A DNA stretch of 63,387 bases, filler included, from Stramenopiles sp. TOSAG23-2 (lineage: Eukaryota): the NCBI GenBank assembly GCA_900128395.1. It is 29 parts of 29 records of this genome, joined end to end, with 100 filler letters (N's around TTAATTAATTAA, not from the genome) between each part and the next. Parts side by side here need not be neighbours in the genome. Positions count along the whole stretch, not along the records: positions 11,015 to 13,115 come from LT652039.1; positions 13,216 to 15,314 come from LT652040.1; positions 15,415 to 17,512 come from LT652041.1; positions 17,613 to 19,710 come from LT652042.1; positions 19,811 to 21,907 come from LT652043.1; positions 22,008 to 24,102 come from LT652044.1; 23 more parts are not named here. One strand, given 5' to 3'. The translations under genes were made by a program, and so were the position numbers. A model generated the notes under the pieces. That model was not told the DNA's origin and did no database searches. It saw nothing but the letters and a program-made list of their open reading frames with translations. This document shows positions 11,345 through 22,011 of this stretch, one piece after another (positions within the stretch are counted from its first letter, which is position 1; every line of letters starts with the position of its first letter).

Positions 11345-12004
11345 ATGTATGCAGATTTATCCCCCTATGAAATTGCAAGATTAAAAAATATACAAGAAAA
11401 TAAGAAAAAGTTGGAAGAATTAGGTTTATTAACCAATTCAAATCCATTAAAACCAAGGAAAAAAAAAATTGTTGTGAAAAATAATGCACAGAAAAAGAAA
11501 AGGAAATATACAAAATCACCATCAACTGAAAGGAAAAAATTCAAAGTAGGTACAAGACGCTCATCAAGACTTGCTGGTATAAAAATATCCGATTCCAAAG
11601 ATAATATTATTGATAAAAGTAATACTGATACTGATTTATTTAAAAATGATGATGAAGACGAAGAAGAAGAGCTAGGGGTCAATTATGAGATCAATCCTCA
11701 AATGCCACAAGAATTGGATGATTATGAATTTGAAATTTATACTGCCATACGTAAATGGAGATTAGATCGTAAAAACGAGTTGCAAATTGAACCATATAAG
11801 ATATGTCAGAATAGAACTATCTGTGAATTAATTCGCAGAAGACGTCGTGATAAACATTGGGCATTGCCAACGTCTGATACTCGCCCTGATGAATTGATTG
11901 AATGTTGGGGAATTGGGCCAAGCAAATCAGAAACATATGGTGTTGAAATGATTGAAATTGTTGATCAATGGGAAGAAACGTTACAAAAAAGCCGTGAAAT
12001 ATGA
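11345..12004 (+). CDS. HRDC-domain protein
   Basis: The C-terminal IYTAIRKWR...IEPYKICQNRTICEL...ELIECWGIGPSKSETYGVEMIEIV is HRDC-like. The N-terminus has an LSPYEIARLKNIQENKKKLEELGL motif and a basic NLS-like linker. Confidence 0.8.
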   Translation: MYADLSPYEIARLKNIQENKKKLEELGLLTNSNPLKPRKKKIVVKNNAQKKKRKYTKSPSTERKKFKVGTRRSSRLAGIKISDSKDNIIDKSNTDTDLFKNDDEDEEEELGVNYEINPQMPQELDDYEFEIYTAIRKWRLDRKNELQIEPYKICQNRTICELIRRRRRDKHWALPTSDTRPDELIECWGIGPSKSETYGVEMIEIVDQWEETLQKSREI

Positions 12005-12062
12005 AATTGTAAAATATAGTTTTAAACTAATAGTATTCGTACGTTGTAAAATAATTTTTTTA

Positions 12063-12101
12063 CCCCCCCCCCCCCCCCCCCCACCCCCCCCCCCCCCCCC
12101 C
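12063..12101. repeat. Poly-C tract (C20-A-C18)
   Basis: Read directly. It lies between two convergent genes. Confidence 0.9.
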
Positions 12102-12114
12102 AAGAAATGCATTT

Positions 12115-13115
12115 TTACACCCTATCAACAAATCCATACAATTCAACATGTTTCATTAAAAATTCTTTCTCCCCATGTATCTGCGACAATGATTTATTCA
12201 TATTTACAAAAATATTATTAGCAGTGCTTTGTCCAAATTTTAAATCACCATCTACACGCAAACCCATTTTTAATGACTCCTTCGTATCAATTCCAAAAAT
12301 CAAATGATCATTCTTCGCACTTGATGCTTTTTTCCTACTTTTTGTATTTGTTATAGTACAATTTACTAAATCATCAAGATTATTTTTATTAATACGATAT
12401 ATTGCACAATTTGTGTTTACAGTAAAAACAAATGTATCTGCCGGGCTGGAACCTAACGTTGGAAAGATAAATTCATCTGGAAACCATGATGTTGGTGTGA
12501 ATATACCAATAATTTCTTGACTCTTCTCTTCTTGTGGGTTATTCTTTGTAGCTAGCAAAGGTTCTATGCATAGTAAAGTTGGTCCTTTAAAGTCACGATA
12601 TGCAATTATTAAATTTTTTAAATTATATCCTTCTGTAGCAGCACGGTCAATAATTTTAAATCTTTAATCTTTAATGATTTTGGTAAGTATTTATATAATT
12701 TCATACTGATATTTGTCTCCAATAAACAAACGTTTTTATCATCTTTCACTATTATCCTTGGTTGAAAAAATGTTCCATTTTGCAGATTCGGATCTAAGCC
12801 AATATCATCAGTATTATTGTTGCTATTATTATTATTAGTAGTATCGCCATCATCTACATTATCATTTTGTATATTGATAATTGATCTTTCTATTTTATTT
12901 AATAAATTACTATCTATTTTCACATCCAACTTTTTAGCATTTAACTTCAACTTTGTATTTATATCTTTCCGTCTCAAACTATAATTAAATGCGCGTGTAA
13001 ATATTTGTTTCATTTTCGATTCATCAAAACTATTTCCAACTTTTCGTAATAATTGATAATTTGACAATATCTTATTATCATGATTCAATGATTGATTTGA
13101 ATAAAACTCCTGTAT
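12115..13115 (-). CDS. TLDc-domain protein, 5'-partial, with a -1 frameshift near 12647
   Basis: Joining ORFs 12618-13088 and 12115-12558 gives LKLL(Y)RAATEGYNL...FKGPTLLCIE...IIGIF...DTFVF...LIFG...GLRVDGDLKFGQS...VELYGF, the TLDc pattern. Confidence 0.8.
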
Positions 13116-13704
13116 NNNNNNNNNNNNNNNNNNNNNNNNNNNNNNNNNNNNNNNNNNNNTTAATTAATTAANNNNNNNNNNNNNNNNNNNNNNNNNNNNN
13201 NNNNNNNNNNNNNNNCCAGAGATTTCAACCAATATTTGAGGGGAAAAATAAATAATTAAAAAATAAAAAACAAACATGTAAATATGATGGGAAAGTGTGA
13301 AAATGTCTGAAATGAAATTGTTTGTGTGATGGATTACTTAATTAGATGTATAACTTCACCATTGTGTCATTTCACTTTCTGTTGATCAAAAAAAATATTC
13401 TTTATATGTATAAAATCACCGTCGTGCCCTTTACAAAAATGCTCAATTCCCAGAGTGCGTTTATGCCATCTTCTTGGATTAAAAATAAAATGTCTGCAAG
13501 TTGTCCAAAAATATATGATTTTGGTCAGATCTAGAAAGAATATTTGATAGTGATATACGGATAAATTGTACTTAAAGTATATGAAATTAGTTATTTATCG
13601 ATTTCCTCTCAGCAAAGGTCACTGTACAGATAGTCCGGGTCATTATATATATTATTTTACTTAATATTTATAAAAAAATTATTCCTCGTAAAATGTAAAA
13701 AAAT

Positions 13705-15312
13705 TTACAACAGCGTTACAGTATAGCCTCTACATCGCCTACCAACTACTTTCCCAGCAGTAGAATGTGGCACTGCGTGCCGTATTTGATTCATAGACGA
13801 TGCAATTCTCCATTTATTTGCACGAATATCCAAAATTTCACATGTCGTTTGATATTCGTTCGATTTTTTACCACCAACACATAAAATATCATTCGATGGA
13901 AGCACCACACAACCGAAAAATGTCCTTGAATACAACATATCATCCCATCTATTCCATTTCCCTGATCTTGAATCAAAGCTTTCAACAGTTTTCAATACAC
14001 CATTTTTTATACCCGACTTTCCACCTAAAACAAACAATGAATTTTTCTGTTGATTGAATATAGCTTTCATGCCAGTTCGAGCTGAAGGCAAATCCTGTAT
14101 TCGTTTCCATTTTCCACTTAGTTCATTGTATTCTTCAACAGTTGACAAAGTTTTTGGCGATGAATTTTGATTACCTCCTATTCCACCAACTGCATAAATA
14201 CATTTTTTAATGTTGTTCCGTGCAATTGAGAGAGAATGTCGTGGCGTTGGTAATGGCGAAATGTAGCTCCAAGTATTATTAAAGATATCAAACTTTTCGA
14301 CTATGTTAGTCAAACCCTTGCTTCCATCATATCCACCTATTGCATATATTGCATCATCACCTGATATCACATCGCCCCATGACCTTGTTATTGATGGAAA
14401 AGGCATTTCATTTAATCCCGATGTTGGAGACCATGTGTATCCAATAATTGATCGTATAACGCTATCGTCGCAACCACATGCAGTTCCAGATCCAAAACAA
14501 GGATCTATGGGAATAGTGGACCATACGTCAATTTCAGGGTTGTAACGCTCAGCTGTATAGGCATACCCATCCCATCTGGAATATTTACTATCACCACCAG
14601 TGTATCTTTTTTTATGCGTTGGCAATCGATCCCTACCAGACAGGACGTAAACTTGTTTTAGATCCGTTCGCAATGCGGCTGGCGTGCCAGTCATCTTGAC
14701 TATGACTTTTTCTACCCTTGATAATCTTGAACGTGGCGATAATCTTGGTTGGGACGTTGCCGTTAATAAATCATTTTCTTCTAAATTTTCTATATTTACA
14801 TCGTATAGCATTGATTCTACATTCATTCTTTTGATTTCGTTCCTAGCATTAAATTGTTGTTGCTGCTTTCCAAAGTTCATTTTCGGAGCTGTTGATGTTT
14901 GCCCACGCCTATTTAAATCGACAATACCATGTAATAATACTTGTCGATGACCCCTTTTATTAGATGGTAAAACAGCATCAACATCTACATCTTTCATTAA
15001 CATTATTGCATCGATTGAATCATATCCATATTCCATAAATTTAGACGAATAAATCGATAAGTCACCTGGTAGCAATTTCAAAAATTGAATAACCTTTTTA
15101 AATTCCTTCGTATAATTTTGTTCATCTTCTTTATTACTGCCTTTCTTATCATTCGTACTAAGCAAAGGCTTTAGTTTAATTTTATTTCTATTGATATTAT
15201 TATTATTATTATATTTTTCATTCAACCCTTTATTGGTTTTTAACTTTCTATTACCATTTGCTCTTTCTATCCCCTTTTTCATTTTTTCTTCTATTTTTCT
15301 TTCGTTCTTCTT
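13705..15312 (-). CDS. SAM domain plus Kelch-repeat protein, probably 5'-partial
   Basis: SAM-like segment LSIYSSKFMEYGYDSIDAI...GHRQVLL. Kelch repeats IYAIGGYDG..VEKFD..W, IYAVGG..VEEYN..W, LFVLGG..VESFD..W and ILCVGG..CEILD..W. Confidence 0.85.
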   Translation of the reverse strand, partial: KKNERKIEEKMKKGIERANGNRKLKTNKGLNEKYNNNNNINRNKIKLKPLLSTNDKKGSNKEDEQNYTKEFKKVIQFLKLLPGDLSIYSSKFMEYGYDSIDAIMLMKDVDVDAVLPSNKRGHRQVLLHGIVDLNRRGQTSTAPKMNFGKQQQQFNARNEIKRMNVESMLYDVNIENLEENDLLTATSQPRLSPRSRLSRVEKVIVKMTGTPAALRTDLKQVYVLSGRDRLPTHKKRYTGGDSKYSRWDGYAYTAERYNPEIDVWSTIPIDPCFGSGTACGCDDSVIRSIIGYTWSPTSGLNEMPFPSITRSWGDVISGDDAIYAIGGYDGSKGLTNIVEKFDIFNNTWSYISPLPTPRHSLSIARNNIKKCIYAVGGIGGNQNSSPKTLSTVEEYNELSGKWKRIQDLPSARTGMKAIFNQQKNSLFVLGGKSGIKNGVLKTVESFDSRSGKWNRWDDMLYSRTFFGCVVLPSNDILCVGGKKSNEYQTTCEILDIRANKWRIASSMNQIRHAVPHSTAGKVVGRRCRGYTVTLL

Positions 15313-15688
15313 TANNNNNNNNNNNNNNNNNNNNNNNNNNNNNNNNNNNNNNNNNNNNTTAATTAATTAANNNNNNNNNNNNNNNNNNNNNNNNNNNNNN
15401 NNNNNNNNNNNNNNTTTTTGGGAGATCTAGGAATTATAATGCACGAGGTTTGATAGTAAAATATGTGTATTTTGTACTTATTAGTATACTAAATATTTAT
15501 TTATCAACTGGAAGCTCCCTCTCAGAAACACCGGGTCATATATATTTGTGATAAAATATTATATTTAAAATTTTTTAAAAAATTAATTCTCTTATTTATA
15601 AAAATTTAATCTTATTAATTATACGCCGCATAATTTTTATTTTTTTATTTTTACTGAAAAAATCTCGCTCGCACCACTTTCTTCCTTT

Positions 15689-16510
15689 CTAAAAATGATT
15701 TATATTATATGTATCATCATCTTTATCATTATTTTCTTCAAACTCTGCATCATATAATAAATGCCCAACATTTTTCATCACTTCAATCCTAGCTTTTTTC
15801 TTTGATTTATTAAAATTCGGGACCCTTTTATGTGTTGGTAAGTGAAAATCAGGCAATCCATATTTTTTATAATACAAAAAGTTACGACTTAATGTGGAAA
15901 CATTGACAGGAACATTACCTCTACCTTTTGATAGAGAGTCTCTCCCTGCTTTACCTAGTCCTTTTCCGGTAATATGATCAAACCTATGACGATGAATACC
16001 AGTATATAAAGTTACATCGGTTTGCTTCTCTAATACTCTTTCTGACACACTTTGTTTTTTCTTTGACATTGTTAATTGATCGTATATATTTTTTGACTTG
16101 GTACGCCCCCATTCATTATCAATTTTTTTACGAACTGTTGGGGATGATGATATTCTTGTTGTTGTTGTTGCAGATATGGTTGATGCAGATGACGATGTAG
16201 ACAATTGCTTCACTAATGCGCGTTTTTTAGACAATGCTAATAATGCTTGACGCCTTTCCTCTGGCAATTTTTTCCCTGTTAACGTAGCTCTTCTTTTCAC
16301 TTCTTTTTCTGTAAAGGCTAAAGAGGTTGGATTATAATGTGGATCGGAATACAATTGTTCTCTAAATGTATATTTAAATTGTTGAATTTGTTTTGTTGGT
16401 GTTAAATGTCCACGTTTTTCCACTGTCATCGGTTGGTGGTGGGGGAAAATGTCTTTGTTAACATACATGAAACCTTTTCCAGCATGATGTGTTGATGAAA
16501 ACGATGTCAT
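15689..16510 (-). CDS. Basic protein with a partial p25alpha (TPPP-like) domain
   Basis: TDVTLYTGIHRHRFDHITGKGLGKAGR matches the p25alpha LTDxxxYTGxHKxRFD-GKGxGxAGR motif. Confidence 0.8.
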   Translation of the reverse strand: MTSFSSTHHAGKGFMYVNKDIFPHHQPMTVEKRGHLTPTKQIQQFKYTFREQLYSDPHYNPTSLAFTEKEVKRRATLTGKKLPEERRQALLALSKKRALVKQLSTSSSASTISATTTTRISSSPTVRKKIDNEWGRTKSKNIYDQLTMSKKKQSVSERVLEKQTDVTLYTGIHRHRFDHITGKGLGKAGRDSLSKGRGNVPVNVSTLSRNFLYYKKYGLPDFHLPTHKRVPNFNKSKKKARIEVMKNVGHLLYDAEFEENNDKDDDTYNINHF

Positions 16511-17115
16511 ATTGCTTATTTTATTTTTATTTTAATCTAGATGAGATAATCTTGCCAATAACAAAGTTTATGTATTTTATCAATGCATCACATCATCATG
16601 TGTGACTAATACTTATTCATTTTAATCTTTGGATACGTTTTTTATAGACTATACTCTGTAATAAATATTTATATAAATATAAATATGTAATTCTAATAAT
16701 ATAGGCCATTATAAAAAAAATATACAAATTATAATATAAATATTGTAACGATTTTCTGATGATTATGTGGTGTGTGGTGGTGTGGTGGTGTGATGGTGAT
16801 GCATGGATAAGATGTGAGTTGTTAAGAAATGTGTACTTGTGTACTTGTACTCCTGTAATATAATAATGTGTTGTGATGTAGGATCCCTTAATTATAAATT
16901 CTTCTTTTTTTTTTGAAGCAAAGCGGCGAGGCAAAAAATGCAATAAAAAATATTAGTATCATACGGGTTAGAATCTTAAAATCTTTTATTTTAAATATAT
17001 ATATAAAAAAGAAAAGCACACGCACACAATTACGAAAACATTTTTACATTTTTTAAAAACATCTTGAGAAAAATTGACTTTCGTATATAATTTTTGTAAA
17101 AAACGCACTTTTTTT

Positions 17116-17512
17116 TTACAACTCACTATAACATGAAACGATACGTTCTAATCTCAACGCACTGTTACAAAATTCAATTTTATCAATACCATGTTTACTA
17201 TATTGATGTAAATATGCATCTGTACGTATCATATCACTAGCTTTCGATATCATACGAGTTAATGGTTCAATTATATTTTTAGAATTCATTGCTAATGTAC
17301 ATGATCGCATGTAACCTCTCCAAGGTTTTGGATTTGCTATACTTTTCCATGATGTTGCATTTCTCCAAATTGGTAACATTTCCCATGTTGCTTTTACTTT
17401 ATCATTTGGCATTAATATTGAATAATGATTGTTATTATTATCATAATCATCACTTTTTAAATGATTGGAATCTGGGCCATGTAAAAATAGAAATGATGAA
17501 TACATCTTTTTA
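17116..17512 (-). CDS. TUBD1: Delta-tubulin, C-terminal fragment
   Basis: SCTLAMNSKNIIEPLTRMISKASDMIRTDAYLHQYSKHGIDKIEF...LERIVSCYSEL matches the delta-tubulin AYxHQY C-terminus. Confidence 0.8.
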
Positions 17513-17791
17513 NNNNNNNNNNNNNNNNNNNNNNNNNNNNNNNNNNNNNNNNNNNNTTAATTAATTAANNNNNNNNNNNNNNNNNNNNNNNNNNNNNNNN
17601 NNNNNNNNNNNNCTTAACACGAGAAGTGTAAAATTATTATAACTTAGATTTTAACCATCATATATATATGATATGATATGATATATATCATATCATATCT
17701 CTATGTACACGGTTCGTATATAAAAATATGATTTTTTTAACAAAATTTTTTACGTAGTTTTTTACGCGCGCGCGGTTTTTATTTTTATTTT

Positions 17792-19666
17792 TTACTTCTT
17801 TTTCTTCATACCAAACATACCAGCAAATCCACCACCTTTTTTCTTTCCACCTCCACCACCAAACATATTAGCAACTTTGCTTTTGGTTCTTTTTTCATCT
17901 TCAAATAATAATGCCAACAATTCCTTTAATTTTTCAGGTGGATTCTCACTAGTACATTCAGGATGCTTAATCGCTATTCTAACGAGAGACTCTAAAAATT
18001 CAACTAACGTCATATGGTCGTGTGAATCAATTCGCTTATCATTTTTGTCGCGAGTTTGTTCATCAAAGGTTAACATTTGAGCTTGGACAAAGGCGCATAT
18101 GGCAGATTTCATTGTGAAGCCACCTTTTTTCACAATATTGACTTTTTTCATAAGCTGTATGAATTCTTTTAAAGTTACTAATTCTACATAATCTTCTTGA
18201 ATACCTTCGCTTCCAGCAGTTTCCTTGTACAACTTTTTAATTGCATTCATACGACTATGGAATACTTTGTGTATTTCTTCTTTGTAAAGGATCTCTCGTC
18301 TAAATTTTTCGTTATCCCATTCTTCTTTATAATTTGGATGCAAATTTTTCATTATAAGATTATTCAATGCATCTGGTCCATTTCCAAGTGTGCGATATCG
18401 TCGATTGGCTAACCGTACAACTGCTTCAATAAATTCAAAACGGGATAACGCTTTCATGTGATTTTGATCGACTCCACGGGTTTGAACATTGACTTTTACG
18501 AAAATTTGATCTATATCTCGTATTCTACAATTTCGCTTATCAATTATATTTGTATTTTCGCAAAACTTTGAAAAAGAATTCCAACTCATCATGAAGTAGC
18601 CATGTTGCTTATGATCACAACAATATTCTTTAAAAATGTTTACAATTAAGTGATAATGATCCGTCAACATAACTTGCATTCTGGCAAAATCACTTTTGTC
18701 AAATAAATGCTGTAAACGATGTGCGTGTTTTAAATCCATTAATAATGCTTTTCTAACTACATCTTCCGTCTCGTAGAATGAGGCGGCATCCGATTCCATA
18801 ATCCTCTCATTAAAGACAGATAAATCCAATTCAAATTGTTGCTCCCCTTTTGACTTTCTTTTCTTTTTAATCTTTTTCCCAAACTCAGGCTTTCTTCTAA
18901 TTTCCCCAGTGTTTTCAAAAACATCAAAGTGTACTAGAGGCCTTCTATGATCTTCATCAAGCATTTTTTGTATCCTTTCAAACATATCTGCAAACTCTTC
19001 ATAATCAATTTCTCCATCGCCACTTTCATCCCATATTGTAAGCATCTGCTGAAATTGCTCTTCACTCAATTCAATTTCAATTGCAGCAAAACCTTCCCTC
19101 AACTCGTCGTGATCAATAGTACCACCACCATCGTCATCAAAATCTTCAAAAATTTGTACAATTGTCTTTCCGTCCTCCTCCTGGAGACGTTTGAACCTCT
19201 GGGCAATTTGAACTTGTATTTTAACTTCCTCCTCACGACATAATCGCTTTAACCAACGACGATTGGCGTCAACTGCTTTTTGCTCTTTCTGGAGTTGCGT
19301 CAAACCAGCAATAACGTTTTTTGGCTTTGTATTTTGAAACTGAACCCATATATTATCATTATTCTGTAAAATATCACGCAGCTTTGTGTTACCATTTACT
19401 TTAGACATCAATGGATGTGGCGGAGCGCCTAATTTGTCTGTCCCTGCCGGCAATTGCGTAAACAAGTTAAACGGGGTCATTTTCCCGTGTCGGACAGATT
19501 GTTGACCGGTTTCCCTTACTCGAACGCGCCCATTAGGCTTCAAAAATCGTTCGTAACGTTGCGAAACTACAGTAGCAATCCATTTAAAATCTGGATCAGT
19601 TCCACCTATATTCAATTTAAAAGATTTGCTGGACCATTCATCTACTGCATGTACTATAAATGACAT
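17792..19666 (-). CDS. EF-hand calcium-binding protein
   Basis: Canonical loops DDDGGGTIDHDE and DESGDGEIDYEE, plus degenerate EF-like repeats (LSRFEFIEAVVRLA, MTLVEFLESLVRIA). Confidence 0.88.
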   Translation of the reverse strand: MSFIVHAVDEWSSKSFKLNIGGTDPDFKWIATVVSQRYERFLKPNGRVRVRETGQQSVRHGKMTPFNLFTQLPAGTDKLGAPPHPLMSKVNGNTKLRDILQNNDNIWVQFQNTKPKNVIAGLTQLQKEQKAVDANRRWLKRLCREEEVKIQVQIAQRFKRLQEEDGKTIVQIFEDFDDDGGGTIDHDELREGFAAIEIELSEEQFQQMLTIWDESGDGEIDYEEFADMFERIQKMLDEDHRRPLVHFDVFENTGEIRRKPEFGKKIKKKRKSKGEQQFELDLSVFNERIMESDAASFYETEDVVRKALLMDLKHAHRLQHLFDKSDFARMQVMLTDHYHLIVNIFKEYCCDHKQHGYFMMSWNSFSKFCENTNIIDKRNCRIRDIDQIFVKVNVQTRGVDQNHMKALSRFEFIEAVVRLANRRYRTLGNGPDALNNLIMKNLHPNYKEEWDNEKFRREILYKEEIHKVFHSRMNAIKKLYKETAGSEGIQEDYVELVTLKEFIQLMKKVNIVKKGGFTMKSAICAFVQAQMLTFDEQTRDKNDKRIDSHDHMTLVEFLESLVRIAIKHPECTSENPPEKLKELLALLFEDEKRTKSKVANMFGGGGGKKKGGGFAGMFGMKKKK

Positions 19667-19816
19667 ATCATTCTCTTTTTCTTCATCCTCAGCTTAAGCA
19701 TAAGCAATGCNNNNNNNNNNNNNNNNNNNNNNNNNNNNNNNNNNNNNNNNNNNNTTAATTAATTAANNNNNNNNNNNNNNNNNNNNNNNNNNNNNNNNNN
19801 NNNNNNNNNNAGCGAC

Positions 19817-20477
19817 CAGCATTGAATGTCGAAGATGATTATTAAAGAGAGAAGGGGGGGGGGGGGGTTGCAGGAGAGAGTATGTACGCGTAGAAAAAAT
19901 AAAAAAATAAAATTACGCGCGTGACACTTTATTTATATGTTTAAATATAGTACAACAAAAACTTTTATAATATGATAATATGATAATATAATACTCGTAT
20001 CATACGATTTGTTAAAATTTTATTACGAGTTTTCGTATAAGGAAACAGCATTGAATGTCGAAGATGATTATTAAAGAGAGAAGAGGGGGGGGGGTTGCAG
20101 GAGAGAGTATGTAGAAAAATAAAAAAATAAAATTACGCGCGTGACACTTTATTTATGTTTATATAGTATGATACAACAAAAACTTTTATAATATGATAAT
20201 ATGATTAATATAATACTCGTATCATACGATTTGTTAAAATTTTATTACGAGTTTTCGTATTTCTTTCTGAAAATATTTAATTATGCACACACATATATAT
20301 ATTCATAATTTTTATTTTTATCATTAAAATTGTAAAATTGTTAATATAATACTCGTATCATACGATTTGTTAAAATTTTATTACGAGTTTTCGTATTTCT
20401 TTCTGAAAATATTTAATTATGCACACACATATATATATTCATAATTTTTATTTTTATCATTAAAATTGTAAAATTGT
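19817..20477. repeat. Two nested tandem duplications (about 19817-20037 / 20046-20260 with small differences; about 20206-20340 / 20343-20477)
   Basis: Direct comparison. The first pair differs in G-run length and small indels; the second is essentially exact. Confidence 0.9.
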
Positions 20478-20528
20478 ACGTATGTCATATAATTAATTTT
20501 ACGAGTGGGTTGGTTTTGTAATTTTTTT

Positions 20529-20889
20529 TTATTTCTTCTTCTTTGGTGGCGGAGGTGGTGGCTTAGATGCGCCACGTTTTTGATTCTTTTTCACTGGTAC
20601 TACTTTAGTTGATTTCACCTTTTTCTTATTTATAGCAGATGTGACTGCATTGCCCATTGCACTTTTTTTGTTTTTTTGACGCTTTTTCAATCGTGCCATC
20701 AATCTGTCATGTTGCTTTGTTTTCTGCTGCTCAACTTGATCATTAAATTTTTCCGCCGCTTCTTGTGAATCTAGTAACGTCATTATGTTCTGGTCCACAT
20801 CCTTTTAAATTTAATGATAAAGTTGGAGTGAAAGTAAGTAGGGTGATAACGAGGATAATAGATAATAAGACATGGTTGGTATGAAACAT
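20529..20889 (-). pseudogene. Signal-peptide N-terminus joined out of frame to a basic coiled-coil C-terminus (deleted or chimeric gene)
   Basis: MFHTNHVLLSIILVITLLTFTPTLSLNLKG from ATG 20889, then a different frame ..QEAAEKFNDQVEQQKTKQHDRLMARLKKRQ..PPPPPKKKK*. Confidence 0.5.
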
Positions 20890-21074
20890 TTTTGTTTTAT
20901 TATTGTTGTTGGTAATCAAAATATAGACGCACGTATAGGCACACACACACACACGTGCACACACCAAGTAATATGATATAATTATGTGTATATGGCGTAG
21001 ACGTGAATGGAAATATATATAGAATCTATAGAGATTGTTTACATTCACATTGACATTTACACAATAATTACGAT

Positions 21075-21575
21075 GATTAAAAATCGATTCTACACAGAAT
21101 ATATATATATATATTGGGTTGTGTGTTGTGTGTTGCTGTAATCTATTTATATCCATATTATTTTTATGGCTAAAAACATTTTTTTGGCTAAAATTTACTC
21201 AATATTGCCGGAATCAATATTACCGCTTTTTTATGACAAATTATGAAAATACACATAATCTTTATGTTATGAATATATTTTTAAAAATAAAAAGTATAAT
21301 ACGAATGCCAGAATGGATGAAGCAATTTTGGAATTTTGATTAAAAATCGATTCTACACAGAATATATATATATATATTGGGTTGTGTGTTGCTGTAATCT
21401 ATTTATATATCCATAATTTTTATGGCTAAAATTTACTCAATATTGCCAGAATCAATATTACCATTTTTTTATGACAAATTATGAAAATATACATGATCTT
21501 TATGTTATGAATATATTTTTAAAAATAAAAAGTATAATACGAATGCCAGAATGGATGAAGCAATTTTGGAATTTC
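21075..21575. repeat. Diverged tandem duplication (about 21075-21340 / 21339-21575)
   Basis: The copies differ by substitutions (gccgg/gccag, accgct/accatt) and short indels. Confidence 0.9.
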
Positions 21576-22011
21576 TGATAAAATGGGAAGCTGTTCCGTT
21601 TTTTAATTTTTCGGCATGACAAAAATAAAACTGCTTTTCTAGCCCCTTTTCACTCTCTATTTCATCTATACCTGGTACCTGTCTCTCTGCTTTTGATGTG
21701 GAAGCGTTAGATTATACCTTAATCTTGAAATTTTTAAAACACAATGACAACCTAAACCTCTCTCGTACATAGATACAGGTACATCTGTAGCATAAAGATT
21801 TGTATTTTTATTACTACACATAGATTAAATCAACACGAACGTGCGAACGTGTGAACGGTGCGAACGCCCCATATATATATATATATCTTCAATCCCACAC
21901 AACACACNNNNNNNNNNNNNNNNNNNNNNNNNNNNNNNNNNNNNNNNNNNNTTAATTAATTAANNNNNNNNNNNNNNNNNNNNNNNNNNNNNNNNNNNNN
22001 NNNNNNNTATA

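Noticed and set aside
11952..12221. Polyproline ORF
   Set aside because: It is only the translation of the poly-C tract.
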